Positions 8,823-16,759 of a stretch of DNA of 24,000 nucleotides are shown in pieces. Each line of letters opens with the position of its first letter. The stretch's first letter is position 1. Source of the stretch: Bdellovibrio sp. (GTDB taxonomy: Bacteria; Bdellovibrionota; Bdellovibrionia; Bdellovibrionales; Bdellovibrionaceae); the NCBI GenBank assembly GCA_036677065.1, contig JAKFBS010000001.1, positions 616,137 through 640,136 on the forward strand, given 5' to 3'. The notes beneath the pieces are model-generated. The model ran no database searches. It saw only the letters and a list, made by a program, of their open reading frames with translations, and was not told the DNA's origin. The position numbers were made by a program, and so were the translations under genes.

Positions 8823-9152
8823 TTAGCCTCGGTCAGTCACCATTTGCTGATAACCGCCATCAATTAGATAGACGTTTGTATAACCTTTTTTTTCTAAACT
8901 ATTAGCGATGCGCTCAGATTGCTTGCCATCAGGGCATAATAACAAAAGAGCAAAGTCTTTCGGGATCTTACGCTCATCTAATTCTTGCTGGAGCTGGCTT
9001 TCGGTGGTCATGATCTGCCAAGCTTCGACATGCATTTTTTGAATCGAAGAATACCAAGGGGCAATATCAGTTCCAAAATTAAAGAACATAAAGGGAACGC
9101 GGTTTTCGATCAGATTATTTAATTGGTAATAGCCGATTTTATTAAAACTCAT
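8823..9152 (-). CDS. Single-domain rhodanese-like protein
   Basis: 109 aa. Active-site-loop-like LLLCPDGKQSERIA and C-terminal VYLIDGGYQQM. The start ATG overlaps the upstream MFS stop (ATGA at 9149-9152). Confidence 0.7.
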   Translation of the reverse strand: MSFNKIGYYQLNNLIENRVPFMFFNFGTDIAPWYSSIQKMHVEAWQIMTTESQLQQELDERKIPKDFALLLLCPDGKQSERIANSLEKKGYTNVYLIDGGYQQMVTDRG

Positions 9153-10414
9153 ACGTTCGCCTTTTTTGCATGATCTGGAAGATCTTTAAAAATCATAAAA
9201 ATAATCGTTAATGCAAATAGCGTGAAAGCGCCAGCCAGTAAAAATGGAGATCCTTTAAATGCGCTTTGTAGCAAAAAGCCGCCAATCGGTGGCCCAATGA
9301 CTCGGCCTAACGCCGATAAACTTTGCGTTGTTCCCATAGCTAAACCTTGTTCTTCTGGGGGAACAAGAAGAGAAACACTTCCCATAAAAGCAGGGTTGGT
9401 TAATCCATGGCCTAACGATAACAGGGTCATCGTAATACCCATAGCCGGAATACTTGGCGCAAATGCAATTCCTGCAAGTCCTAAACCTAATAAAAGTAAT
9501 CCCAGACAAAGAACTTTCTTTTCGCCCACTTTAGGTAAAAGGCGACGCACGAGAAAACCCTGCGTGAAAACAATGATTACACCGATGTAAGCAAATCCAA
9601 AACTGACTTCTTTGATGTTCCAGTTAAAAACTTCTTTCATGTAAAGCACTAAAGAAGATTCCATTAAAGCCATCGCCAGTGTTGCTAGCGCAAAGCAGGT
9701 CATCAATGGGCCGACAGTTTTAGTTTTGAAGTAACGAGCAAGGTGAGACAATTTTTTTGCTTTTTCAGCACTGTTTTTAGCGCGTGTTTCTGGGCTGATG
9801 GATTCTTTTAAATTAAAGTAAGCAAAAATAAATGTGAACAAACACAACAGCGCTACGCCAAAAGAAGAAAACCCTGCGATAAAACCCATGTCAGTAGACA
9901 TCGTTTCGGCCCAAATAGTTAAACCGCCACCGATCGCTGGTCCGAATAAAAATCCTAAACCAAAAGCTACGCCAATCACGGCCATACCCTTAGATCTATT
10001 TTCTGGAGTCGTCACATCAGAAACATAAGCCGAAGCCGTTGAAATCGATGCGCCAAAAAAGCCGGTTAAAATACGCGCGACAAAAAGCATTTCTATTGAA
10101 CGTGAATACGCTAAGACCAAATAAGAAATCATTTCACCCAAAAGGCAGTACATTAAAATGGGTCTGCGGCCGTAGCGATCTGATAGTTTTCCCCAAAACG
10201 GAGCAAAAATAAATTGCATCAAAGAATAAGACGCCATCAGTAAGCCGGCAATCCAAGGGGTTGCGCCGTAGTGAACACTTAAAAGGGGAATCACTGGAAT
10301 GATCATTCCAAAACCTAAAAGGTAAATGAAAACTGTGAAAAATATGACGATAAGTGGTTTTGAATTTGGGTTGCTCATATTAGCCGATCTAGACCTTTGT
10401 CTTCTGCTTTTCAT
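9149..10414 (-). CDS. MFS transporter (DHA1 / drug:H+ antiporter-like)
   Basis: About 12 hydrophobic helices. MFS motif A is present as GKLSDRYGRRPIL. The start is uncertain: ATG 10414, or ATG 10378 (MSNPNSKPLIV...). Confidence 0.85.
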   Translation of the reverse strand: MKSRRQRSRSANMSNPNSKPLIVIFFTVFIYLLGFGMIIPVIPLLSVHYGATPWIAGLLMASYSLMQFIFAPFWGKLSDRYGRRPILMYCLLGEMISYLVLAYSRSIEMLFVARILTGFFGASISTASAYVSDVTTPENRSKGMAVIGVAFGLGFLFGPAIGGGLTIWAETMSTDMGFIAGFSSFGVALLCLFTFIFAYFNLKESISPETRAKNSAEKAKKLSHLARYFKTKTVGPLMTCFALATLAMALMESSLVLYMKEVFNWNIKEVSFGFAYIGVIIVFTQGFLVRRLLPKVGEKKVLCLGLLLLGLGLAGIAFAPSIPAMGITMTLLSLGHGLTNPAFMGSVSLLVPPEEQGLAMGTTQSLSALGRVIGPPIGGFLLQSAFKGSPFLLAGAFTLFALTIIFMIFKDLPDHAKKANV

Positions 10415-10442
10415 ATATAAACTCGGTTACACTGGTGTGGCT

Positions 10443-11645
10443 ATGAAAAAAACATCAAATACACTGCGTTCTAAGGTTAATTTTGTCGTCCTAACGATGA
10501 CACTTTTTTCAACTGCTCAAAGCTGGGCGTTTTTTGATCCCTATCAGGTGTATCGCCCGCAAAGATTCGATTTGGCCGTAGATGCCCAATTTTATAAAAC
10601 CACAGCCAATTTCGATTCAGGTGGTGAAAAAATCGACTTACCTTTTGAAAATAGCTTTCAAATTATCGATGTGAATCCCCAATTACGCTGGGGAATGTTT
10701 CGTGACCTTGGGGTTCGTTTAGGCGCTAATATTGGCTCTTCTGAATCGGTTGATCCAATCAATACACGTAATAATTCTACAGTAAATCGTGTGGATGTCG
10801 GGGCGGATTACCAATTATTAAATTATGAATCTTTTCAAACGATCGTCGATTTTGAATATTCTCACCCTATGGAAAAAATCGATGTCGCCACTGATTCTTC
10901 GTTAAACAGTAACGGGGCTTCTGAAATTAAACCAACGCTGATCATGAGAATGGATTTAGGAAGTTTTTACCCGTACGCCTATTTGGGCGGAAACATTCGC
11001 AATGAAGGCTTATCAACACTATTAACTTATGGTGTTGGCGGAGAATTTCGTTTTTCAGAATTAGGGTTAGGCGCCGTTGTTGAAGGTTTTAGTTCGGTTA
11101 AGGATGATGAATTCACCAATTCGGCTTCACGCCGCGATCTGATCACGACACGCGTGAATGGTGGCAGTAAAAAGTTTTATTCAATCAATCCAAATGCATT
11201 AGCCGCAGAAGTTTTTTTAAATTTTGCCATGACAGAATGGATTAAGTTTAAAGCTTACGGCGGAGCTGATGTAACGGGATCAAATACCTCACAAGGATTT
11301 TTTGTCGGCGGTGCGCTGACATTGACTCTTGATTATGGCAATGGCAGCGATGATCTTGAAGAGCAACGCGTGATTCGTCGGTCACAGCGTCCGGCAAAGA
11401 AAGTAAAAAAACCAGTCGATAACGGTTTCAAAGAAAGCACTGATGATGGAGTAGACCAAAATTATTTTAAATCAGTAGATCCAAGTAATGATGATTACGT
11501 GCAACCGATTGAAGAAGAGCAGCAACAACCAGCACCCCAAAATGGAACCAGCTCTAGTGTTAACCCAAGTACACAAGGTGATTTGGATCAGCTCGGTTAT
11601 CAAATCAAATTAAAGAAACTTAAAAAGAAAAAGAAAAATCAGTAA
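10443..11645 (+). CDS. Putative outer-membrane beta-barrel protein with disordered Lys-rich C-terminal tail
   Basis: ATG 10443 gives the signal peptide MKKTSNTLRSKVNFVVLTMTLFSTAQSWA/FF. The track start at 10326 overlaps the divergent MFS gene. Alternating hydrophobic pattern with many Gly/aromatic strand ends. The final 99 aa (from 11346) are charged and low-complexity and end in KLKKLKKKKKNQ. Confidence 0.6.
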   Translation: MKKTSNTLRSKVNFVVLTMTLFSTAQSWAFFDPYQVYRPQRFDLAVDAQFYKTTANFDSGGEKIDLPFENSFQIIDVNPQLRWGMFRDLGVRLGANIGSSESVDPINTRNNSTVNRVDVGADYQLLNYESFQTIVDFEYSHPMEKIDVATDSSLNSNGASEIKPTLIMRMDLGSFYPYAYLGGNIRNEGLSTLLTYGVGGEFRFSELGLGAVVEGFSSVKDDEFTNSASRRDLITTRVNGGSKKFYSINPNALAAEVFLNFAMTEWIKFKAYGGADVTGSNTSQGFFVGGALTLTLDYGNGSDDLEEQRVIRRSQRPAKKVKKPVDNGFKESTDDGVDQNYFKSVDPSNDDYVQPIEEEQQQPAPQNGTSSSVNPSTQGDLDQLGYQIKLKKLKKKKKNQ

Positions 11646-11762
11646 GGCGCTTCGTGGCTATTTGCCACAGTAGCCTTTCTTATTACAATCATAACAAAAT
11701 AAATAATGACAAGTTTTGTAAGCCTTGATAGCTTGTCTCTATTCTATTGAAAGGAGAATCAC

Positions 11763-11846
11763 ATGATTACAAATATTAATACGCACGCCTTAGAGCAAAC
11801 ATTAGCCGTCGAAATGTCCGATTCTCCTATGGCACATCAATTCTAG
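11763..11846 (+). CDS. Candidate small ORF (27 aa, MITNINTHALEQTLAVEMSDSPMAHQF)
   Basis: A strong SD, gaaaggaga, ends 5 nt before the ATG. The ORF lies in an otherwise non-coding region of about 380 nt. Nested inverted repeats follow (gattctc...gagaatc, attcta...tagaat). No homology recognised. Confidence 0.25.
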   Translation: MITNINTHALEQTLAVEMSDSPMAHQF

Positions 11847-12029
11847 CAATCTAGTTAGAATCAAAAAGAGAATCCAAACAAAATTAAAGAATGAATCGCG
11901 ACTGGCCGTCCGCGATAATTAACATTATCGTCAAAGCTCGTTGTGGGTTTTTTCATTCTAAAATTTCAAAAAACAGATCAATTATTTTTATTTAACCGCA
12001 CTCGGAAACGAGCGCAAAAAGGATATTTT

Positions 12030-12281
12030 ATGAAAAACGCTAAAAATTATTTAGCATTATACGAAAATTGGGAAAATTCAAACGCGGAGGAGCTTTGGCG
12101 CCTTTGGAAAAGCGTTCTGAAGTGTATTAGCCTGATCGCTTACTCATTTCACGCCATCGTGAAACTAGCGATCGGGTTTTTATTAAATTCTAATTATTTA
12201 GTTAAGCACAACGAATTCGGAAAACTACCAGAAGAAATTTCTGGTAGTTTTTCTAACAATCAGAACTGGTATCGTAATTAA
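12030..12281 (+). CDS. Hypothetical small protein (83 aa)
   Basis: The internal ATG at 12030 is preceded by aaaaagga. The 112-aa track ORF starts at GTG 11943 with no RBS. One hydrophobic stretch (ISLIAYSFHAIVKLAIGFLL). No family recognised. Confidence 0.3.
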   Translation: MKNAKNYLALYENWENSNAEELWRLWKSVLKCISLIAYSFHAIVKLAIGFLLNSNYLVKHNEFGKLPEEISGSFSNNQNWYRN

Positions 12282-12291
12282 TGCCAGTTCT
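12262..12291. terminator. Stem-loop between convergent genes
   Basis: 8-bp perfect stem agaactgg / ccagttct with a 14-nt loop spanning the stop codon at 12279-12281, then ttatc. No clear U-tract. Confidence 0.3.
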
Positions 12292-12302
12292 TTATCTACA
12301 CT

Positions 12303-12905
12303 TTACAAGTCTTGAGTTTTTAGGCCATTGTTTGGATTTACACCCTTAGAATGAATATCAGTTACGCCATTGGTATGAATATCAAAAAGAGTTTTAATCA
12401 GATCTGAATATTCTTCAGTCGTTTCTGCATAACGAGTTGTTGGATTGCCTGGTGACCATGAATTAATAGTTCCAACAGGTTCTTTGTTTTGTTTTAAGTC
12501 AGCCATTGAGTTATATAAATGTAAAATTGGAGTGTCGCAATAATTTGGAGATTTTTCAAAACGTTGAAAAATCTTACAGTAGCCAAGTTTGGCGTAAAAA
12601 ATTCTTCCTGGTTTAAGAATGCCCGCTGTTTTAGGTGGAGCTTTCATTTGAAAGTAGCCAGCAAATTTAGAGCCCTTATATTGAACTTCCTCTTTTGCAT
12701 AAACGAGCGCAAGATTCTGAATAGGAGCTTCGTTATCAAATCCAGTAATAGCCGAATTGACTCTAAGTTGAAGAACGCGATCGTAATTCGCTACACTTCT
12801 TTCAACATTTGTTTTTACAGGTTGTGCTGCTGATTGAGTGACCATTGGTTGATGTGCGCATGAAAATGCAAACACAGCGAATAAAGCAGATAATAAAAGT
12901 TTCAT
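12303..12905 (-). CDS. Hypothetical lipoprotein
   Basis: ATG 12905 is preceded by a ggaga RBS. MKLLLSALFAVFAFSC has a lipobox-like FAFS/C. The track N-terminal extension to 12968 lacks support. Confidence 0.6.
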   Translation of the reverse strand: MKLLLSALFAVFAFSCAHQPMVTQSAAQPVKTNVERSVANYDRVLQLRVNSAITGFDNEAPIQNLALVYAKEEVQYKGSKFAGYFQMKAPPKTAGILKPGRIFYAKLGYCKIFQRFEKSPNYCDTPILHLYNSMADLKQNKEPVGTINSWSPGNPTTRYAETTEEYSDLIKTLFDIHTNGVTDIHSKGVNPNNGLKTQDL

Positions 12906-12997
12906 AAATTTTTCTCCGTTATACATCTTAGCGTTTAGCGCGAAAGACACATAGTCCAGATTAGGCAATGCCTAGAACAATGTCAGAGTTATAGATG

Positions 12998-13013
12998 AGC
13001 CCCCGAGGGGGCT
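12998..13013. terminator. GC-rich stem-loop downstream of divIVA
   Basis: agcccc-cgag-ggggct, with only a short ttt on the plus strand. Located between the divIVA stop (13097) and the lipoprotein start (12905). Confidence 0.3.
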
Positions 13014-13096
13014 TTCCTAAGATTGTGTTGTCGTACATGTTGTAAATCGTCTTGGGAGGGGCGATTTGGTTTTAGATTTTTTATTTTTTGTAAGAA

Positions 13097-13582
13097 CTAT
13101 TCAAGATCTATGTTTTGCATGCGCATTTTCGGCATGTAGGTTTCAGCTTGTTCTAATAATGACAAGTGGGCCTGAGCCATGGCTTTAAGATTGGCTTCGA
13201 ATTGCATTCTTGATTTTTTAAGATCAGAAATTTCAGTATAAATTTTACGTAAAGAGTCTTTTGCATCGCGCGTGATTGTTTCTGCCTTTTGTTGGGCGTC
13301 AGCAATAACTAATTTGCATTCGTGTTCTGCTTCTTGTTTCATTTGATCTGATAACTTAGTTGCTTGTGTGATAGCGCTGCGTAAGACATTATCGCGATCA
13401 CGAAATTCGTGAAGCTGTAATTCTTTTTCTTTAAGTTCTGCAGTTAGTGTTTGAATTTGTTGTGCAAGATTTTCAGTTTGCGCAGCAATAATCGTTAAAA
13501 AATTCACAACTTGTTCAGGATCAAAGCCCATCATCTTGCGATCAAAGGTCTTATTGATAATCTCAGTTGGGTAAAATTTCAT
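13097..13582 (-). CDS. divIVA: DivIVA-domain cell-division/polarity protein
   Basis: 161 aa. N-terminal DivIVA signature (INKTFDRKMMGFDPEQVVNFL) followed by an uninterrupted coiled coil. A ggagga RBS precedes the ATG. Confidence 0.85.
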   Translation of the reverse strand: MKFYPTEIINKTFDRKMMGFDPEQVVNFLTIIAAQTENLAQQIQTLTAELKEKELQLHEFRDRDNVLRSAITQATKLSDQMKQEAEHECKLVIADAQQKAETITRDAKDSLRKIYTEISDLKKSRMQFEANLKAMAQAHLSLLEQAETYMPKMRMQNIDLE

Positions 13583-13734
13583 TTAATTCCTCCATGAATC
13601 AAATTACGAACCCGTTGGTCTCTATTTAAGTATAGGCAATCCTTGCCCTAAAAAAAAGTCGAGTCCAAGGATGTGGTCATATCCTGTACCTTAGGAGGAG
13701 GACCTAAAGTCGTGCTGAATTGTGTCGTTTAAAC

Positions 13735-14580
13735 TTAGCTTAGACCTAAGTCTGTCTGGCGAGAGATTTCGCGTGAGCGAAGGGCTGCTTTTTCAAAGCT
13801 GATGCGTAAAGCGCGTTCGATCTCTAATTCGCGCATCGAATTTAAACCAGCGGCTGTAACCCCTTTTTTAGAAGTCACACGTTGTTGTAATTCTTCGATA
13901 TCAACACCTGAAGATTGAGCAGCTAATAAAGATGCGCCGACAAAAGTTTCAATCGTCATCACTTTAGCCTGTTCAGGGGTAAAGCCATGTTCAATGATCC
14001 AATCTTGCCAGTACATCATCATTTCAAAAACAAAGCCTGTACCGCTTGAACAAGAAATCATTAAAGCATCAAATTGGTCTTCAGTGTCTAATTCTAATAT
14101 TACGCCTAAGCCGGAAAACAGATCTTTCGTGATTTCAATAACCGCGACATCTTTTTTATGCGCCAGTAATCCTAAAACACCGCGACCAATTAATGATGGT
14201 GTGTTTGGCATAAGGCGAACTAGGCGGCCTTGCGGAATTAATTTTTCCAACGAGTGCATTGGGATGCCCGCAGCTAATGAGATGATGATTTGATTTTCAT
14301 CAAAAGCTGAAACTAAATTTGCCATCGCTGCAGGTAAGTCTTGCGGTTTCATTGCTAAAATTACGATGTCGCACTCTTCAACGATTTGTTCGTTATGTTC
14401 GCGAATTTCGATTTGATATAATTCTTTAAGCTTAAGGGGTTTACCCGGAGTGCGGTTCGAGACAAAAATTTGATCCGGTCTCATGAGTTTTGACTCAATG
14501 ATTCCTTTAATTAGGGCCTGAGCCATGTGTCCTGCGCCGATGAAACCAATTTTGTAAGACCGAAGTAAAGGATGAGTCAT
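13735..14580 (-). CDS. proC: Pyrroline-5-carboxylate reductase
   Basis: Start taken at ATG 14580 (MTHPLLRSYKIGFIGAGHMAQAL), which gives 281 aa. The longer track ORF would overlap the upstream gene by 86 nt. Rossmann GxGxxA motif, AMKPQD, and C-terminal VTSKKGVTAAGL typical of P5C reductases. Confidence 0.9.
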   Translation of the reverse strand: MTHPLLRSYKIGFIGAGHMAQALIKGIIESKLMRPDQIFVSNRTPGKPLKLKELYQIEIREHNEQIVEECDIVILAMKPQDLPAAMANLVSAFDENQIIISLAAGIPMHSLEKLIPQGRLVRLMPNTPSLIGRGVLGLLAHKKDVAVIEITKDLFSGLGVILELDTEDQFDALMISCSSGTGFVFEMMMYWQDWIIEHGFTPEQAKVMTIETFVGASLLAAQSSGVDIEELQQRVTSKKGVTAAGLNSMRELEIERALRISFEKAALRSREISRQTDLGLS

Positions 14581-14590
14581 ACTCGTTAGG

Positions 14591-15811
14591 CTACTGTATT
14601 TTTTGTCTTTCGCCAAATAAAACCGTGCCGATTCTGATCCATGTCGCACCTTCTTTGAGGGCGACTTGATAATCATGGCTTGTTCCCATTGAAAGTTCTT
14701 TAATTTGTAAGCGGTCAGCCAAGTTTTTTAATTTTTTAAAATGAATTTGATTGTCTGCAGCGTCGTTTTGCAACGGCGGCATGGTCATTAATCCTACGAT
14801 CTTAACATTTGAAAGCCGAGTCAGATTTTCCCATGCGGCAATAACGCTGGCTTCGTCAAAACCCGCCTTAGTAGCCTCGTTCGCAAGGTTGACCTGAATA
14901 AAAATCTTTTGCACATGGTTGATTTCTGAAGCCTTTTTTGAAACTAATTCGGCTAGTTCCAAAGAATCGATGGCATGTAAATAGGCAAAATTATTTTTTA
15001 AATATTTTACTTTGTTTTTTTGGATCGGGCCGATCAAATGCCACTCTAAATTTAAATCTTTTAAGGCTTCGATTTTTTCTAAAGCTTCTTGAATATAGTT
15101 TTCACCGAAAGCGCGCTGACCTTGGCTGGCTAAATCGCGAATTTTTTCGATCGGCTGAAGTTTGCTGACCGCCAGTAAATTCTGACCAGCAGAAAGCTGA
15201 GCTTTGATTTGCGCCAAAGGTGATTTTTCAAAAGTCCAATTTTTACCAGCAAATAATTTTTCTAAAGCTGTCAAAGGCAAGCCCACAACGTTGTTGTAGT
15301 CTCCCACAAACTTTTCCACAAATTTTCCGCCTAAACCTTGGATGGCGTAAGAGCCCGCTTTATCCATCGGTTCGCCGGTTTTGATGTAATCCCAGATGTC
15401 TTGATCAGCTAAATTTTTAAAATAAACCTGCGATGTCTCAATATGAGAAATAATATGACCATTACTTTGGTCCAGAAGAATGATTGCGGTTTTTACTTCA
15501 TGCATTTTGCCTGAAAGTTTTTTCAAAGTATTAAACGCATCCTGTTCGTTTTCAGGTTTTCCGATCGCTAAATTTCCTAAACAAACCATCGTGTCTGAAG
15601 CCAAAATAATACCGCCTGGATTTTTGTCAGGACATTGGTCCAGACAGGCCAGAGCTTTTCTTTTTGCGATGTCGATTATTTGCTCGTCTAAGCTTAGGTT
15701 TTCATTCGGGATTTCCGATATAAAGACTGGGAATGAGACAAAATAATATCCGGCTTTTTTTAGAATTTCAGCGCGGCGTGGAGATTGCGAAGCAAGGACA
15801 ATTTTTTTCAT
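14591..15811 (-). CDS. Fusion protein: N-terminal Maf nucleoside-triphosphate pyrophosphatase domain plus C-terminal YggS-family PLP-binding domain
   Basis: Single uninterrupted 406-aa ORF. Residues 1-188 are Maf-like (VLASQSPRRAEIL, ILASDTMV, DKAGSYAIQG). Residues about 197-403 are YggS/COG0325-like (LLAVSKLQP with the PLP Lys, FGENYIQE, WHLIGPIQKNK, ELSMGTSHDY, IRIGTVLFG). Confidence 0.85.
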   Translation of the reverse strand: MKKIVLASQSPRRAEILKKAGYYFVSFPVFISEIPNENLSLDEQIIDIAKRKALACLDQCPDKNPGGIILASDTMVCLGNLAIGKPENEQDAFNTLKKLSGKMHEVKTAIILLDQSNGHIISHIETSQVYFKNLADQDIWDYIKTGEPMDKAGSYAIQGLGGKFVEKFVGDYNNVVGLPLTALEKLFAGKNWTFEKSPLAQIKAQLSAGQNLLAVSKLQPIEKIRDLASQGQRAFGENYIQEALEKIEALKDLNLEWHLIGPIQKNKVKYLKNNFAYLHAIDSLELAELVSKKASEINHVQKIFIQVNLANEATKAGFDEASVIAAWENLTRLSNVKIVGLMTMPPLQNDAADNQIHFKKLKNLADRLQIKELSMGTSHDYQVALKEGATWIRIGTVLFGERQKIQ

Positions 15812-15841
15812 TCAAATTAAATTTAAACCAAAAGAGGATCT

Positions 15842-16747
15842 ATGGGTAGTGCTGAACTCATGTTATTTACCGGGCTCATCTTAGCGGGTGTGTCGGTTTA
15901 TCTTTTCATGACTTCCATTTTGGCGGGTAAACCCGGCGAAGCTCAATTGCAATGGGCGAGCGGCACTGAACCAGTTAAATCTAAAAATGGAATCATCAAT
16001 CTTTGTCGCCCGATGGTGCATCAGTTCACTCTGCAGCATGCGGCTAAATTTAAATCAGAACAATATCGTAAAAAAATTCGTCATCTGATTAAAACGGGCG
16101 GCATGTCGTCAGAGATGAACGAAGATGAATTTATCGGTTACCAATTGTTTTTAGGAATCGCGTTTCCAGTGTTTATTAACATCATGAATTTTTCTTTGGA
16201 TCTTGGTTTTTCGCCATTGATTCTTTGTATGCTTGGAGTGGTTGGCTGGTTTATGCCACAAATGCATTGTAAGGCGCAAAAAAGTGCCAGAGCCCTAAGT
16301 GTTCAGGCAGATATGCCATTTTTTATCGATCTACTTGCCTTATCAGTTGAAGCCGGTCTTGATTTTTTCGGAGCGATCCAAAAAATCGTGGATAAAGTTG
16401 CTGATCCAAATTCAGTTCTGGCTGATGAATTAAAAACCGTTTTGAAAGATATCAAAGTCGGTTCGTCAAAAACAGATGCATTAAAAGAAATGGCAGCCCG
16501 TTTAGACATGCCCGAGATCACAAGTTTCGTGGCGGTGTTAATCGATGCGGAAGCAACAGGTGCAAGTATCGCGCAAGTGTTAAAAGATCAATCGGTGCAA
16601 ATGCGTTTAGAACGGTTTGTGCGTGCAGAAAAAGCCGGGGCGCGAGCTTCGCAATTAATTTTATTACCATTAATGGGATTTATTTTACCAGCGGTATTTA
16701 TCATGGTGTTTGGCCCAGTGGTATTAGGATTTGTTTACGGAAAATAG
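15842..16747 (+). CDS. Type II secretion system F-domain protein, TadB/TadC (CpaG/CpaH)-like inner-membrane platform
   Basis: 301 aa. One N-terminal TM, a central TM pair and a C-terminal TM. A single GspF/T2SS-F-like cytoplasmic domain (ADMPFFIDLLALSVEAGLDFFGAIQKIV...VLKDIKVGSSKTDALKEMAARL). Size and single-domain layout match Tad platform proteins rather than PilC/GspF. Confidence 0.75.
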   Translation: MGSAELMLFTGLILAGVSVYLFMTSILAGKPGEAQLQWASGTEPVKSKNGIINLCRPMVHQFTLQHAAKFKSEQYRKKIRHLIKTGGMSSEMNEDEFIGYQLFLGIAFPVFINIMNFSLDLGFSPLILCMLGVVGWFMPQMHCKAQKSARALSVQADMPFFIDLLALSVEAGLDFFGAIQKIVDKVADPNSVLADELKTVLKDIKVGSSKTDALKEMAARLDMPEITSFVAVLIDAEATGASIAQVLKDQSVQMRLERFVRAEKAGARASQLILLPLMGFILPAVFIMVFGPVVLGFVYGK

Positions 16748-16759
16748 GAAATAGGGATT

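Noticed and set aside
9222-10028. Track ORFs 9222-9590 (+), 9255-9509 (-) and 9834-10028 (+) inside the MFS gene.
   Set aside because: They are nested within or antisense to a 12-TM MFS ORF that carries a canonical motif A. The translations are Pro/Lys/Arg-rich nonsense.
10326-10442. N-terminal extensions proposed by the ORF track: 10326 for the OMP gene, 12968 for the lipoprotein, 14676 for proC, 142 as the oxygenase start and 23637 as the sulfatase-like start.
   Set aside because: Internal starts give proper signal peptides or Rossmann N-termini, have RBSs and remove overlaps with neighbouring genes. The two edge genes are open to the window boundary, so their track starts are internal codons.
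11830-11844. Sigma54-like TGGCAC-N5-TTCT element.
   Set aside because: The -12 element is TTCT rather than TTGC. It lies inside the candidate mini-ORF and no enhancer-binding protein gene is nearby. It is probably a chance match.
13650-13657. A8 run (T8 on the minus strand) between proC and divIVA, considered as a proC terminator.
   Set aside because: The nearest stem (aggat...atcct, 5 bp) is 10 nt away from the T-run on the minus strand, so this is not a canonical intrinsic terminator. proC and divIVA may be co-transcribed.
14591-15811. Possibility that Maf and YggS are two genes merged by the ORF caller.
   Set aside because: There is no in-frame stop anywhere between the domains and no internal RBS or start at the junction. 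In this sequence it is a genuine single ORF. A sequencing error cannot be excluded without reads.
12564-16521. Other antisense or nested track ORFs: 12564-12833, 13994-14293, 14938-15168, 15480-15746, 16303-16521, 18674-18862, 19911-20147, 22102-22311, 22403-22633, 23132-23398 and 23669-23875.
   Set aside because: Each lies within a longer opposite-strand or alternative-frame gene that has recognisable motifs. The translations are low-complexity, and none has a convincing RBS.
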